Source of the DNA: Betaproteobacteria bacterium RIFCSPLOWO2_02_FULL_63_19
GTDB lineage: Bacteria; Pseudomonadota; Gammaproteobacteria; Burkholderiales; SG8-39
Direction: 5' to 3'
Assembly: GCA_001770415.1 (NCBI GenBank)
Contig: MEQX01000003.1
Coordinates: 8,442-72,441, forward strand
Length of the DNA: 64,000 nt
Shown one piece after another: positions 45,358 to 55,091 of the stretch (positions within the stretch are counted from its first letter, which is position 1; each line of letters opens with the position of its first letter). The notes beneath the pieces are model-generated. The model was not told where the DNA came from. It saw only the letters and a list, made by a program, of their open reading frames with translations, and made no database searches. The translations under genes were made by a program, and so were the position numbers.

Positions 45358-45423
45358 TTACGGCTTCTTTGGTGCCTTTTTCTTGCCTTTCGACTCTTTG
45401 CGTTTGTCCCGTCCCTTTGCCAT
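45358..45423 (-). CDS. tiny lysine-rich ORF (21 aa, MAKGRDKRKESKGKKKAPKKP)
   Basis: The ATG is preceded by AAAGGAG with 7-nt spacing, and the hairpin at 45297-45330 follows the stop. There is no further support. Confidence 0.35.
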   Translation of the reverse strand: MAKGRDKRKESKGKKKAPKKP

Positions 45424-45718
45424 GTCTGAACTCCTTTCGGTTATGGGGCTGGAAACCGTACCCAGCCTAAAAAACATTCTACATTGGCGAGGCGACCGAG
45501 GGATGGCGGCCGCGCAGGCGAACACGCAACGGGTTCCGTACCGTGTCGTCGTTCGCGACGGTGTTCGTTCCGCAGCGCTGGGGAACGAATGCGCGCGCCA
45601 GCGGGCGTGTTTCGGAACCTGCAGGTTCGTCGCGCTCGAAGTGACCGAGCCGAGCTCGAAGCGCAATGCTGACGAAGCGCTGACTGTTCGCGGCTCGGAA
45701 CACCGGCGTACGGACCAT

Positions 45719-46093
45719 TCAGCGGGGATACCGCGTTCGGACCGAGCCGGAATTAAGCAGCAGTCCCGCCACAGCCGTGACCGCGGCGACAGCCCCGAGA
45801 ATGACGGCCGCAGTCGTCCACGCCCTGCCCTCCAAACTGCGGGCCTGAACGATCTGGCAAGCCGTGACGATCCAGTTCACGGCCGCACCATATGCCATCG
45901 CCTGTAGCAGCATCAGGATCCAACGCTTGCGGTACAGGAACAGCAGCGGCGATAGCAGGCATAAGCCCAGCAGCGCGGGGCTGCCGGCACGCAGGAAATG
46001 TGCGCCCGCGAGCAGCGCGGCTACGGTGTAAAGACCTACGACGGCCACGAACTGAATTTTTGATGCGATTTTCACCCCGCTCGTAGTTACCAT
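45719..46093 (-). CDS. hypothetical membrane protein (4 predicted TM segments)
   Basis: 124-aa hydrophobic ORF. I recognise no family. Confidence 0.55.
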   Translation of the reverse strand: MVTTSGVKIASKIQFVAVVGLYTVAALLAGAHFLRAGSPALLGLCLLSPLLFLYRKRWILMLLQAMAYGAAVNWIVTACQIVQARSLEGRAWTTAAVILGAVAAVTAVAGLLLNSGSVRTRYPR

Positions 46094-46405
46094 TTGCAGG
46101 CGTCAATCTGCTTTTCGATTTCGGCGCTCCGCAAGACGACCAAGAACGCATTGATATCATTCACGCCTGAACGGCTTTGCGCGAATGCCACCGCCGCTCC
46201 AAGCGAGTAGGATACCGCTTCCGCGTTGTCTGCTAAGGGCAGTGACCGTATTCGTCGTGTCGCTTCGATTCATCTGCCGAACAAGACGCGGCAACACGCC
46301 GCGGCCTACCTCCAAATTTTCGTTCAAGCAGCAGATTCTCGCGGTGACGCTCACGGGGCACGTGCGCATAGGGGGACAACAAGTGCACTCGAAGAAGAGG
46401 ATCTG

Positions 46406-47872
46406 ATGATCGAAATCATTCCGGAGCAGGAGCGCGTCTCAAGGATTCTGGGAGCCGGTTTGCCCGAGTCGGCGGTGCTCGCGTTCGTCCGTGACCTGGA
46501 TTCGCCACGTGTCGACGCAGGCGGCACCTCACCACGGGCGGCGACCCTCGGCCGCGACAGTCAACGCGTTGGTCTAACCTGTCGTCAGGGACGCGATCTT
46601 CTGACCCTGCTGCCTCCGAAATCCAGGCGTAACGCGGCGGAGAAGATCGCAGGCCATGCGTTGGTGCACTTGCTTGCCGACACGGTCTGGCGCTTCTTCC
46701 GCGCCTACCGCAACCCGATTTACGACGCGCTGACCGAGGGACGCAGGCGAACGCTTCGCGTCGAGGACCTCGCGTGGCGGGCGGCTGAGCTGCTGCCGCA
46801 CGTCATGCCCTCGCGCACCGACCTGGCTCGGGAAAGCCAAAGCATGCAGATGGACAAGGATGGCATGGAGATCCACCAGGGGCTCTTCTTTGCACAGATG
46901 TTGAGCGATGCAGACATAGGCAGACATCTGTGCATGGCGATGCTTAAGCCCTTGCCTGAAGCGATCGAACGCCTGCCGGAGTTTACGACTAAAGGCGCGG
47001 TGAACCTGGGTCTGGTCCGCGTCGCCGCCAAGGGCGACGCGGGATACCTGTATTTCTGCAATACGCGTACCCTAAACGCCGAGGACGACGATTCGCTGGT
47101 GGCGCAGGAAATAGCCTGCGACCTGATCCTGCTGCATCCGGGCCTGCGTATGGGCGTGCTGCGCGGCGGTCCGGTGGAGCACGCGAAGCACAAGGACAGG
47201 CGTGTGTTCTCGGCAGGAATCAACTTGACGCGAATCTACCAGGGCAAACAGAGCTACCTTTTCTACCTCACGCGCGACATGGGACTGGTGAACAAACTGT
47301 ACCGGGGTTTGGTGCCGGTGAATCGTGATGGCACGCTGGACATCCACCCCGATGAGCCAGAGAGCACGCTTGAGAAGCCGTGGCTCGGAGTGGTCGATGC
47401 ATTCGCGATTGGAGGAGGCTGCCAGTTGCTTCTGGTGATGGATTACGTGATCGCGGAATCGGGTGCCTACCTCAGTCTTCCTGCGCGAAAGGAGGGGATA
47501 ATTCCGGGCTGCGCCAACCTGCGTCTGCCTCGATTCACGGGCGAGCGGCTGGCGCGCGAGGCGATCATGTTTGACAAGACGTTCCGCGTCGATGAGCAGG
47601 AAGCGCGCACGTTGGTCAACGAGGTCCATGAACGCGACGCGCTTGACGCAGCCGTGGAGCGGTGCGTGGCGAACGCAGTCGATTCGGGCATGGTCAGCGC
47701 CGGAGGAAACCGCAAGGCGGTTCGGGTTCAGTCCGAGCCGCTGGACACATTCCGCTGCTACATGGCGGCCTATGCGTACGAGCAGGCGTTTTGTCACGTT
47801 AGCGAACAACTCGCATACAACCTGGAACGTCACTGGATCGCCAGGCAGCGCCGGTCTTCAGCGGCGCAATGA
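46406..47872 (+). CDS. crotonase-superfamily protein with a long N-terminal helical extension (possibly DpgC-like cofactor-independent dioxygenase)
   Basis: The ATG follows GAAGAAGAGGA. The crotonase core is recognisable (VFSAGINL, AFAIGGGCQLLLVMDYVIA, ARKEGIIPG.ANLRL). The size and N-terminal domain recall DpgC, from memory and unverified. Confidence 0.6.
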   Translation: MIEIIPEQERVSRILGAGLPESAVLAFVRDLDSPRVDAGGTSPRAATLGRDSQRVGLTCRQGRDLLTLLPPKSRRNAAEKIAGHALVHLLADTVWRFFRAYRNPIYDALTEGRRRTLRVEDLAWRAAELLPHVMPSRTDLARESQSMQMDKDGMEIHQGLFFAQMLSDADIGRHLCMAMLKPLPEAIERLPEFTTKGAVNLGLVRVAAKGDAGYLYFCNTRTLNAEDDDSLVAQEIACDLILLHPGLRMGVLRGGPVEHAKHKDRRVFSAGINLTRIYQGKQSYLFYLTRDMGLVNKLYRGLVPVNRDGTLDIHPDEPESTLEKPWLGVVDAFAIGGGCQLLLVMDYVIAESGAYLSLPARKEGIIPGCANLRLPRFTGERLAREAIMFDKTFRVDEQEARTLVNEVHERDALDAAVERCVANAVDSGMVSAGGNRKAVRVQSEPLDTFRCYMAAYAYEQAFCHVSEQLAYNLERHWIARQRRSSAAQ

Positions 47873-48045
47873 CGATAGGGCTCGATCGTGTGCGACACCC
47901 TTCCGGGGCGATTATGGATATGTCGTGTTCCGGGGGGCGTCTGGGTTATTGTGGCGCGCGCGGTCCGGGTTGATTGTCGCCCCGGCTTTCAAAGCGCCCG
48001 GAAAAACAGCACAATACGCAATCCAATTGTCAAGGAGGTATACCA

Positions 48046-49332
48046 ATGAACCGCATACCACAGCAGCCGATCGATGCCAATGAACTGGCGCAGGTCACCG
48101 ACGTCGGGCGCCGGCGATTTATCGCCGGCTTGGGAGCCTCCGCGGCAATCGTATCGAGCGGATCGCTGATGCGCCCCGCTTGGGCACAGTCGACCCTCAA
48201 CGTGGGCGTCCTGCTGCCGACTTCGGGCTTTCAGGCTTTCATTGGCAAGTCCTGCAAGTTGGGCGCGGACATCGCCCCCAACGTGTTACCCGGGCTTGGC
48301 TACGGCATGCCGATCCGGCTTATGCACGCGGACACGGAGACCAACGTCGACGTGGCTCGTTCGCGCGCCGAACGGCTGATCAACGATGGCGCGCACGTGC
48401 TGGTCGGTGCGTTCGACTCGGGCGCGTCAGCGGCAATCGCCCAGGTGTGCGAGCAGAAGGGCGTACCGTTCATTGTCAATATTGCCGCCGCACCGCAGAT
48501 AACCGAGCAAGGCTACAAGTTCACTTTCCGCAATTTTCCGACGGCAATCGACCTCGTACGCAACGGACTGGCGTTGATAGGCGACATATTCCACGCGACC
48601 AATACCGTGCCGAGGACAGCGGTGTTCATGCACGTGAACGACACCTTCGGGCAGGCCATGGCCAGGGGCATAGGCGCCATCCTTCCGCGGTTGGACTTCC
48701 TGCCATTCAAAGTGGTCGAAACGATCGCTTATGACCCGGCGGCCAGGGACCTTTCGGTCGAGGTTGCCAAAGCGAAGGCGACGAAGGCGGATTTTCTGAT
48801 GCTGGTTTGCCGTTTGAACGACGCGATCCTGGTACGCCGGGAGATGGTCAAGCAGCGCTGGAGCCCGATGGGGATCATCGGGCCGGGAAATCCGGGCATG
48901 TACGAAGCGCAGTTCTACAACGCACTGGGCAAACTTTCCGAATATTGCATGTCGAACGTGCCTTGGTACAACCCGAAAGCGCCGCTTACGCATTCGATTG
49001 AACGCGCTTTCAGAAAGTCGTTCCCGAAGGAAAAACTGATGTTCCATGCACTCAATGTGGGCTTCACCGTCGAGGCAATCATGATCGCCGCCGATGCGTA
49101 CAAGCGCGCCAGGACGACCGACGCCAAGGCTCTCGCCGACGCCATCCGCCAGACCAGCATCGCCAACCGGATGATGATCGGCGGTCCGATCAAGTTCAAT
49201 GCCAAAGGACAGGTTGAGGGTATCAAGTCGGCGTGCATTCAAAACTTGAAAATGCGCCCGACGGTAGTTCTGCCAGCCGCGAGCGCCGAGGCGAAGCCGG
49301 TCTTTCCGATGCCTGGTTATCGGAAAGCGTGA
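48046..49332 (+). CDS. Liv-type ABC transporter substrate-binding protein with a twin-arginine-like signal
   Basis: The ATG is preceded by AAGGAGG. It has the signal GRRRFIAGLGASAAIV...AWAQ, then LNVGVLLPTSG, a type-I PBP opening. Confidence 0.85.
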   Translation: MNRIPQQPIDANELAQVTDVGRRRFIAGLGASAAIVSSGSLMRPAWAQSTLNVGVLLPTSGFQAFIGKSCKLGADIAPNVLPGLGYGMPIRLMHADTETNVDVARSRAERLINDGAHVLVGAFDSGASAAIAQVCEQKGVPFIVNIAAAPQITEQGYKFTFRNFPTAIDLVRNGLALIGDIFHATNTVPRTAVFMHVNDTFGQAMARGIGAILPRLDFLPFKVVETIAYDPAARDLSVEVAKAKATKADFLMLVCRLNDAILVRREMVKQRWSPMGIIGPGNPGMYEAQFYNALGKLSEYCMSNVPWYNPKAPLTHSIERAFRKSFPKEKLMFHALNVGFTVEAIMIAADAYKRARTTDAKALADAIRQTSIANRMMIGGPIKFNAKGQVEGIKSACIQNLKMRPTVVLPAASAEAKPVFPMPGYRKA

Positions 49333-49562
49333 GTGGTGTGGCATGGGGCGTGGGGCATGGCATCCCGCGCCGCGTGCTTCGAGCCGAAAGCGCGGGAACC
49401 CTTGGGCTTCCGCGTCTTTCCGGAGATTGGGATCGCACGAATTCCCAACATCCGGAACCCTGCATGACGTTGCAGTCTTCGCCCGCCTCAGTCGAATTTG
49501 AGTCCTAAGAAAGAAACCCGAGCCTCCGCCTCCGGCGCCGCCAGTGTGCGCGGCATCGCCCT

Positions 49563-50432
49563 ATGCCGCTAGAACTCGTCGCGAATGTCACGATTGCCGG
49601 ACTACTCACCGGACTTGTGTACGGTCTGATGGCTCTTGGGCTATCGGTCATCTTCGGAGTCGTGAGGGTGGTCAATTTCGCGCACGGCGAGATGATGACT
49701 ATCGCCATGTATGCCGCCGTCGTGCTGTTCGCCGCGTTTGGGATGGACCCGTTTATCGCGTTGTTTCCGGTGGCCGCGGTGTTCTTTCTGTTCGGTTATG
49801 CCCTGCAGGCAGGGCTGATCAATCCGTTCATCACGCGGCCAGAGCACACCCAGTTCATGTTGGTGCTGGCCGTGGCGATTATCATGGTGAATGGCCTGCT
49901 GATGGCGTTCGGGCCCGATGCGCGCAACGTCCCGGTGGACTACGCGCTCGACTCGTTCGGCATTGGCCCGTTGTTGCTCGACAAGGTCCGTGTCTATGCG
50001 GCGGTCGCAGCGGTGGCGGCTGCCGGCGGGCTGTTCCTGTTTTTCAAGTTCACGCCGACTGGAAGTGCGATCCGCGCCTGCGCCGATAACAATCTCGGAG
50101 CCAAGGTGGTCGGGCTCAACGTCAAGAGGTATTACGCGCTTACTTTCGGGTTGGGATCGGCGTGTGTCGGTGCCGCGGGCTGCCTGATGGTTCTGCTGGT
50201 CGATGTGACACCGGTGCTCGGTCCCGGCTATACGCTGCTTGCATTCATAATCGTTATTGTCGGCGGACTGGGCTCGATGGCGGGTGCGCTGCTCGGAGGT
50301 GTGCTGATCGGCGTTTCGGAAGCACTGGCGGGTCTGTATTTCACTCCGTCGGCAAAAAGCATGTTCAGCTTTGCACTGCTCATTCTCGTCCTGCTGCTGC
50401 GCCCGCAGGGGCTGCTCGGCAAGCGCTCCTGA
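49563..50432 (+). CDS. Liv-type ABC transporter permease, LivH-like
   Basis: The N-terminus GLLTGLVYGLMALGLSVIFGVVRVVNFAHGE is LivH-typical. Confidence 0.85.
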   Translation: MPLELVANVTIAGLLTGLVYGLMALGLSVIFGVVRVVNFAHGEMMTIAMYAAVVLFAAFGMDPFIALFPVAAVFFLFGYALQAGLINPFITRPEHTQFMLVLAVAIIMVNGLLMAFGPDARNVPVDYALDSFGIGPLLLDKVRVYAAVAAVAAAGGLFLFFKFTPTGSAIRACADNNLGAKVVGLNVKRYYALTFGLGSACVGAAGCLMVLLVDVTPVLGPGYTLLAFIIVIVGGLGSMAGALLGGVLIGVSEALAGLYFTPSAKSMFSFALLILVLLLRPQGLLGKRS

Positions 50433-50447
50433 GCGGATCGTATAGCG

Positions 50448-51464
50448 GTGAAAGCGCTTATCGCCAGGACCCCGAAACGCGCAATGCTGCTGATGGCGGT
50501 TCTCACGGCAGCATTGCTGATCTTGCCCGCGTTCGCCGACACCTACATCCTGTCGGTGGCGATACTGATTCTCTACTTTGCCTATCTCGGGCAGGCGTGG
50601 AACGTGATGATGGGTTTTTGCGGGCAGCTGTCTCTGGGTCATTCGTTGTACGTGGGCGTTGGAGCCTACGTTTCGGCGGCGCTTTTCGTGCACTTCGGCA
50701 TACAGCCCTGGCTCGGCGTCTGGGCAGCCGTGCTGGCTTGCATGGCTGCCGGAGCGGCGATCGGCGTCCTGGCATTTCGCTTCGGAATCGGCGGCGTATA
50801 TTTCGCACTGCTCACCATCGCCTTCGCTGAATTCACCCGCATCGGCTTCGATCACCTGCGATGGGTCGGCGGCTCGGGCGGGTTTTTTCTCCACGTGGCA
50901 CAGCGTGAATTCAATGACGTACTGGCTCTGCGCGGGTCACCGGCGATGTTCTATTACGTAATGCTGGTTGCAACGGTGGCCGCGTTTGTATTCTGCGCTT
51001 GGCTACTGCACACGCGGATCGGCTATTACTGGCAGGCGATCCGCGAGGATCCCGAGGCGGCTCAGGCGCTGGGCATCAACACGTTCAGATACAAGATGCT
51101 GGCCATCGTCATATCGTCCGGCATGTCGGCCTTCGGGGGCGTGTTTTTCGCCTTCTACTACAACAATCTGTTCCCGGAGCAGATCTTCAGCATGAGCCGC
51201 TCGATCGAGATCATTCTCGGGCCCATCATCGGCGGCATTGGCACGCTGTTCGGGCCGATCCTGGGAGCGGCAGTACTGACGGTGCTTGCGGAAGGCATCA
51301 CCGAACTCATGGCGGCGTTTGGATGGGAGATTCCCGGCGTGAAGCAGGTGTTCTACGGCGCGTGCCTGCTGGCGGTGATCGTGTTTGTGCCGCGCGGAAT
51401 CTGGCCCGCGCTAGCGCGTTGTCTAGGTTTGGAGAGCCGGGGAAAAGGGCCCCGCGATGGCTGA
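50448..51464 (+). CDS. Liv-type ABC transporter permease, LivM-like
   Basis: Hydrophobic protein containing GFCGQLSLGHSLY. It has a GTG start. Confidence 0.85.
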   Translation: MKALIARTPKRAMLLMAVLTAALLILPAFADTYILSVAILILYFAYLGQAWNVMMGFCGQLSLGHSLYVGVGAYVSAALFVHFGIQPWLGVWAAVLACMAAGAAIGVLAFRFGIGGVYFALLTIAFAEFTRIGFDHLRWVGGSGGFFLHVAQREFNDVLALRGSPAMFYYVMLVATVAAFVFCAWLLHTRIGYYWQAIREDPEAAQALGINTFRYKMLAIVISSGMSAFGGVFFAFYYNNLFPEQIFSMSRSIEIILGPIIGGIGTLFGPILGAAVLTVLAEGITELMAAFGWEIPGVKQVFYGACLLAVIVFVPRGIWPALARCLGLESRGKGPRDG

Positions 51465-52185
51465 CACATTATTATCGGTACGCGCTATTTCGAAGAGTTT
51501 CCACGGCCTGCGCGCGATTGCCGGGGCTTCCTTCGAGGTCGAAGAGGGTCATATCGTTGCGCTGATCGGTCCCAACGGCGCCGGCAAAACGACCTGCTTC
51601 AACATGATCGCCGGCGTGTTCGTGCCGGACGAAGGGGAGATACGCTTCGCCGGGGGACGAATCGATGGAATGAGGGCCGACCAGGTATGCGTTGCCGGGA
51701 TTGGGCGCACGTTCCAACTCGTCAAGCCATTTGCGGGATTAAGCGTTATGGACAACGTGATCGTTGGCGCACTACGCAGGAACAAGCATGTGGATGTGGC
51801 AAGGCGCAAGGCGCAAACGATATTGGATCAATTGGGACTTACGCAAAAAAGCGACCAGCCTGCTTCTGCGCTTACGCTGCCGGACCGCAAGCGCCTCGAG
51901 GTGGCGCGGGCACTCGCCACGGAGCCGCGGTTGCTTCTGCTCGATGAGGTGATGGCGGGCCTGAGGCCGACCGAAACGGACCAGATGGTGGCGATATTTC
52001 GCAACCTCAACCGGGAACAGGGGCTGACGATCCTGCTGATCGAACACGTGATGCGTGCGGTCATGGCGCTCTCCAAGGAGATCCACGTGCTGCATCACGG
52101 GGAACTGATCGCAAGCGGGTCGCCCGATGAGATCGTAAGGCATCCGGCCGTACTGGAGTGTTACCTGGGCGAGGAGACGGTCTGA
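51457..52185 (+). CDS. Liv-type ABC transporter ATP-binding protein, LivG-like
   Basis: Contains Walker A GPNGAGKTT and LLLLDE, plus a LivG-type C-terminus. Confidence 0.85.
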   Translation: MADTLLSVRAISKSFHGLRAIAGASFEVEEGHIVALIGPNGAGKTTCFNMIAGVFVPDEGEIRFAGGRIDGMRADQVCVAGIGRTFQLVKPFAGLSVMDNVIVGALRRNKHVDVARRKAQTILDQLGLTQKSDQPASALTLPDRKRLEVARALATEPRLLLLDEVMAGLRPTETDQMVAIFRNLNREQGLTILLIEHVMRAVMALSKEIHVLHHGELIASGSPDEIVRHPAVLECYLGEETV

Positions 52186-52889
52186 TGCTGGAGGTATGCG
52201 ACCTCGATCTGTATTACGGGGATGCGCAGGCGCTGGACCGCGTGTCGCTGAAGGTTGACGACGGAAGTATCGTCGCTATCGTCGGGGCGAATGGAGCCGG
52301 CAAGTCGAGCCTCATAAGGGCTATCGCGGGGATCGAGAAGCCGCGTTCGGGCCAGATCTGCTTCCGCGGGCAAGACATCACTGGATGGGAAAGTTACCGG
52401 ACCTGCGACCTTGGTATCGGGCAGGTGGCAGAAGGCCGGCAAATATTTCCCAGCCTCACGGTCCAGGAAAACCTAGAGACGGGTGCGATGCTGCATCGAG
52501 CGCGGGCAAGCAGGCGGCGGATACTGACCGATGTATTCACGATGTTTCCGCCGCTCGCGGAGCGCCGCAGTCAACTTGCGGGGACGATGTCCGGCGGGGA
52601 GCAGCAGATGCTCGCGATCGGGCGATGCCTGATGGGGCGGCCCGAAATGATCATGTTCGACGAGCCGTCGCTGGGACTGGCGCCGACGGTGGTGCACGAA
52701 GTATTCCGCGCGATCCGCGAGTTGAACGAGAAGGGAATGACCATACTGCTGGTGGAGCAGAACGTGGCTGTGTCGCTCAAACTTGCGTCGCAAGCCTACG
52801 TGCTTGAGAACGGAAAAATAGTGATGGAAGGGCGTGGCGAGACGCTGCTCACGGATGACGGTATCCGCCGTTCGTATCTCGGGCTTTGA
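52185..52889 (+). CDS. Liv-type ABC transporter ATP-binding protein, LivF-like
   Basis: Contains Walker A GANGAGKSS, MSGGEQQML and IMFDEP. Its ATG overlaps the previous stop (TGATG). Confidence 0.85.
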   Translation: MLEVCDLDLYYGDAQALDRVSLKVDDGSIVAIVGANGAGKSSLIRAIAGIEKPRSGQICFRGQDITGWESYRTCDLGIGQVAEGRQIFPSLTVQENLETGAMLHRARASRRRILTDVFTMFPPLAERRSQLAGTMSGGEQQMLAIGRCLMGRPEMIMFDEPSLGLAPTVVHEVFRAIRELNEKGMTILLVEQNVAVSLKLASQAYVLENGKIVMEGRGETLLTDDGIRRSYLGL

Positions 52890-52912
52890 GCAGCAGCTGT
52901 CGGCCCGAACGG

Positions 52913-53305
52913 CTACAGCTTCGATGTGTGCAATGCGCTCCTGTGCTCGAGTTCGTTCTGGCAGTCCGTGCAACGAACCGCCGACGGATAAGCGCGCAGA
53001 CGCTCGGTTGCGATTTGTTCTCCGCAGTCGACACACACGCCGAACCGGCCCTCGGTAATGCGGGCCTCGGCAGCTTCAACTGCACGCAATTCCTCGATGT
53101 CCCGGCTGGCGATCGCAAGATCCAGGCCGCTTGCCGCTTCCAGTAACGCCTTGTCGCCTCCGTCGGTCACCGATACCGCGTCAGGCGCGACCCGTTCGCT
53201 CCTGGCCTGGGCGAGCTTGGACTCGATTTCGGACATCAAATGCGCCTTGCGGCGCGTCAACTCCGCACGAAATTCATCGATTTGTGAAGGACTTAATGCT
53301 TCCAT
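52913..53305 (-). CDS. DksA/TraR-family C4 zinc-finger protein
   Basis: It has a coiled-coil N-terminus and the motif CVDCGEQI-X14-CTDC. Confidence 0.8.
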   Translation of the reverse strand: MEALSPSQIDEFRAELTRRKAHLMSEIESKLAQARSERVAPDAVSVTDGGDKALLEAASGLDLAIASRDIEELRAVEAAEARITEGRFGVCVDCGEQIATERLRAYPSAVRCTDCQNELEHRSALHTSKL

Positions 53306-53468
53306 ACGTTACCTCGTTCCATGAACTCAGCATAATGCGGCGTGGTCCGATCCCATTGATTAGGATCAAGTTCGGGTTCGGGCCTGGTCACGCCTATTGA
53401 AATGCCAGCGCGGCGCCACAATTCATCTGCATGAACCCGCGCTTGGCGGGCCATCGTCGGGGGAAGCT

Positions 53469-54329
53469 ATGGGAAATTTTTCGAAAGACGTGACATCGGC
53501 GAGCTTCGAAAAGGACGTGTTGCTGGCATCTTCGGAGGTGCCGGTGATCGTCGATTTCTGGGCGTCATGGTGCGCACCCTGCAAGGTGCTGAAACCGATA
53601 CTGGAGAAACTTGCCGACGAATATCGCGGAAAGTTCAAGCTTGCAAAGGTGGACACGGAAAAGGATCCGGAGCTGGCTGCCCGATTCGGTGTGCGCGGTA
53701 TTCCGAACGTGAAGGCGTTCGTCGGTGGTGCGCTGGTGGCAGAGTTCAGCGGCGCGATTCCGGAGCCATCGGTGCGCGCATTCATCGACAAGATCATCCC
53801 GAGCCCGTCGGAGAGGCTTCGCCTGCAGGCGAACGCGGCAATGCGCGAAGGGGATTTCGAAACTGCTGAAAGCCGTTTGTACGAGGCCGTTAAGCTCGAT
53901 CCAGGCCACCGTGAGGCCAGGCTTGACCTCGTCGGAGCACTGATTGCACGGCACGCATACTCAGAGGCGGACCTCGTCTTGGCGCAGTTGGCGGAACGGG
54001 AACGCAGCGAGCGGGGCGACGCGTACGCAAGGCAGATTATGTTGTGGAAAAAGGGGCAGAGCCTGCCTGCCTCGACCGACCTTGCGGCGCAGGTGGAGAG
54101 CCGGCCTGGAGACCTCGACTTGCGGCTCCAGCTCGGCGAGCGGCTGGTCGCGGAGAGCGACTATGAAGGCGCGTTGTGTCATCTGATCGAGGTCGTTCGG
54201 GGTGATCGGGGGGCGCTGCGCGAGCAGGCCCGACGGACAGTACTTGAGGTGTTCAACCTGGCGACCGATGGCGGGCAGACCGAGATGGTAGGCCGTTACC
54301 GACGCCTGCTCGCAAGCGCGATCTACTGA
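53469..54329 (+). CDS. thioredoxin-domain protein with a C-terminal TPR-like domain (YbbN/CnoX-like architecture)
   Basis: The active site is DFWASWCAPCK. The C-terminal helical repeats are typical of the Trx-TPR family. The ORF is trimmed to the ATG at MGNFSKDV. Confidence 0.8.
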   Translation: MGNFSKDVTSASFEKDVLLASSEVPVIVDFWASWCAPCKVLKPILEKLADEYRGKFKLAKVDTEKDPELAARFGVRGIPNVKAFVGGALVAEFSGAIPEPSVRAFIDKIIPSPSERLRLQANAAMREGDFETAESRLYEAVKLDPGHREARLDLVGALIARHAYSEADLVLAQLAERERSERGDAYARQIMLWKKGQSLPASTDLAAQVESRPGDLDLRLQLGERLVAESDYEGALCHLIEVVRGDRGALREQARRTVLEVFNLATDGGQTEMVGRYRRLLASAIY

Positions 54330-54494
54330 CACGCGGCCCGCGTTGCTAGACCCAAAGATATGGCCTTGGCGCGCGTTTTGCGGCAGAATCGCTGCAGCCT
54401 AATGTACGCCTCAGTTTGCCGCAGGTATTCTGGACGTCGCTAGGCGTACGGTTCCGGTGGCGGACTGGCTGCCCCGGACGGTCCGGTTCGCAGC

Positions 54495-55088
54495 ATGGCG
54501 ATGAACGTACCACTCATACTGACGCTCGATTTTCACGGTGTGCCGCACCGCTGGGTGACTTGGCAGCAGGCCTGTTTCTATCACGCCAAGAACCTCGTGG
54601 CATGGACGCTGGGCGAGGCCGCGTTCACGTTTTATGGAGGTGTCAGTCGCGCGACAGGCTCGCGTTCATCGATAACGACGAATTCGATCATTGCCATCCG
54701 AGGCAAGGCGATGGCGATGAAGAGTTTCAGCCAAGTTCCTCCGCTCAACAACCGTGAGCTGTTCCGGCGCGATCGGCATATCTGCGGATATTGCGGTGGA
54801 GAATTCGGATTCATGAGGCTCACGCGCGACCACATCACGCCGGTGTCGCGAGGCGGCCGTGACAGTTGGATGAACGTCGTCACTGCATGCCGGCACTGCA
54901 ACGGACTCAAACGCAACCGCACGCCAGAGGAGGCAGGGCTGCAGCTGCTCTTCACGCCTTATGTTCCAAATAAGGCCGAATACCTCATTCTCACCAACCG
55001 CAAGATCCTCGCGGATCAGATGGGCTTTCTTGTTCAGCATGTGTCGACGCACAGCCGGGTGCTGAAACTCGCCGGCGCCGCGGCCTGA
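54495..55088 (+). CDS. HNH endonuclease
   Basis: Contains CGYCGG...DHI.P.S.GG....N.V.AC..CN..K, the HNH motif. Confidence 0.8.
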   Translation: MAMNVPLILTLDFHGVPHRWVTWQQACFYHAKNLVAWTLGEAAFTFYGGVSRATGSRSSITTNSIIAIRGKAMAMKSFSQVPPLNNRELFRRDRHICGYCGGEFGFMRLTRDHITPVSRGGRDSWMNVVTACRHCNGLKRNRTPEEAGLQLLFTPYVPNKAEYLILTNRKILADQMGFLVQHVSTHSRVLKLAGAAA

Positions 55089-55091
55089 GCC

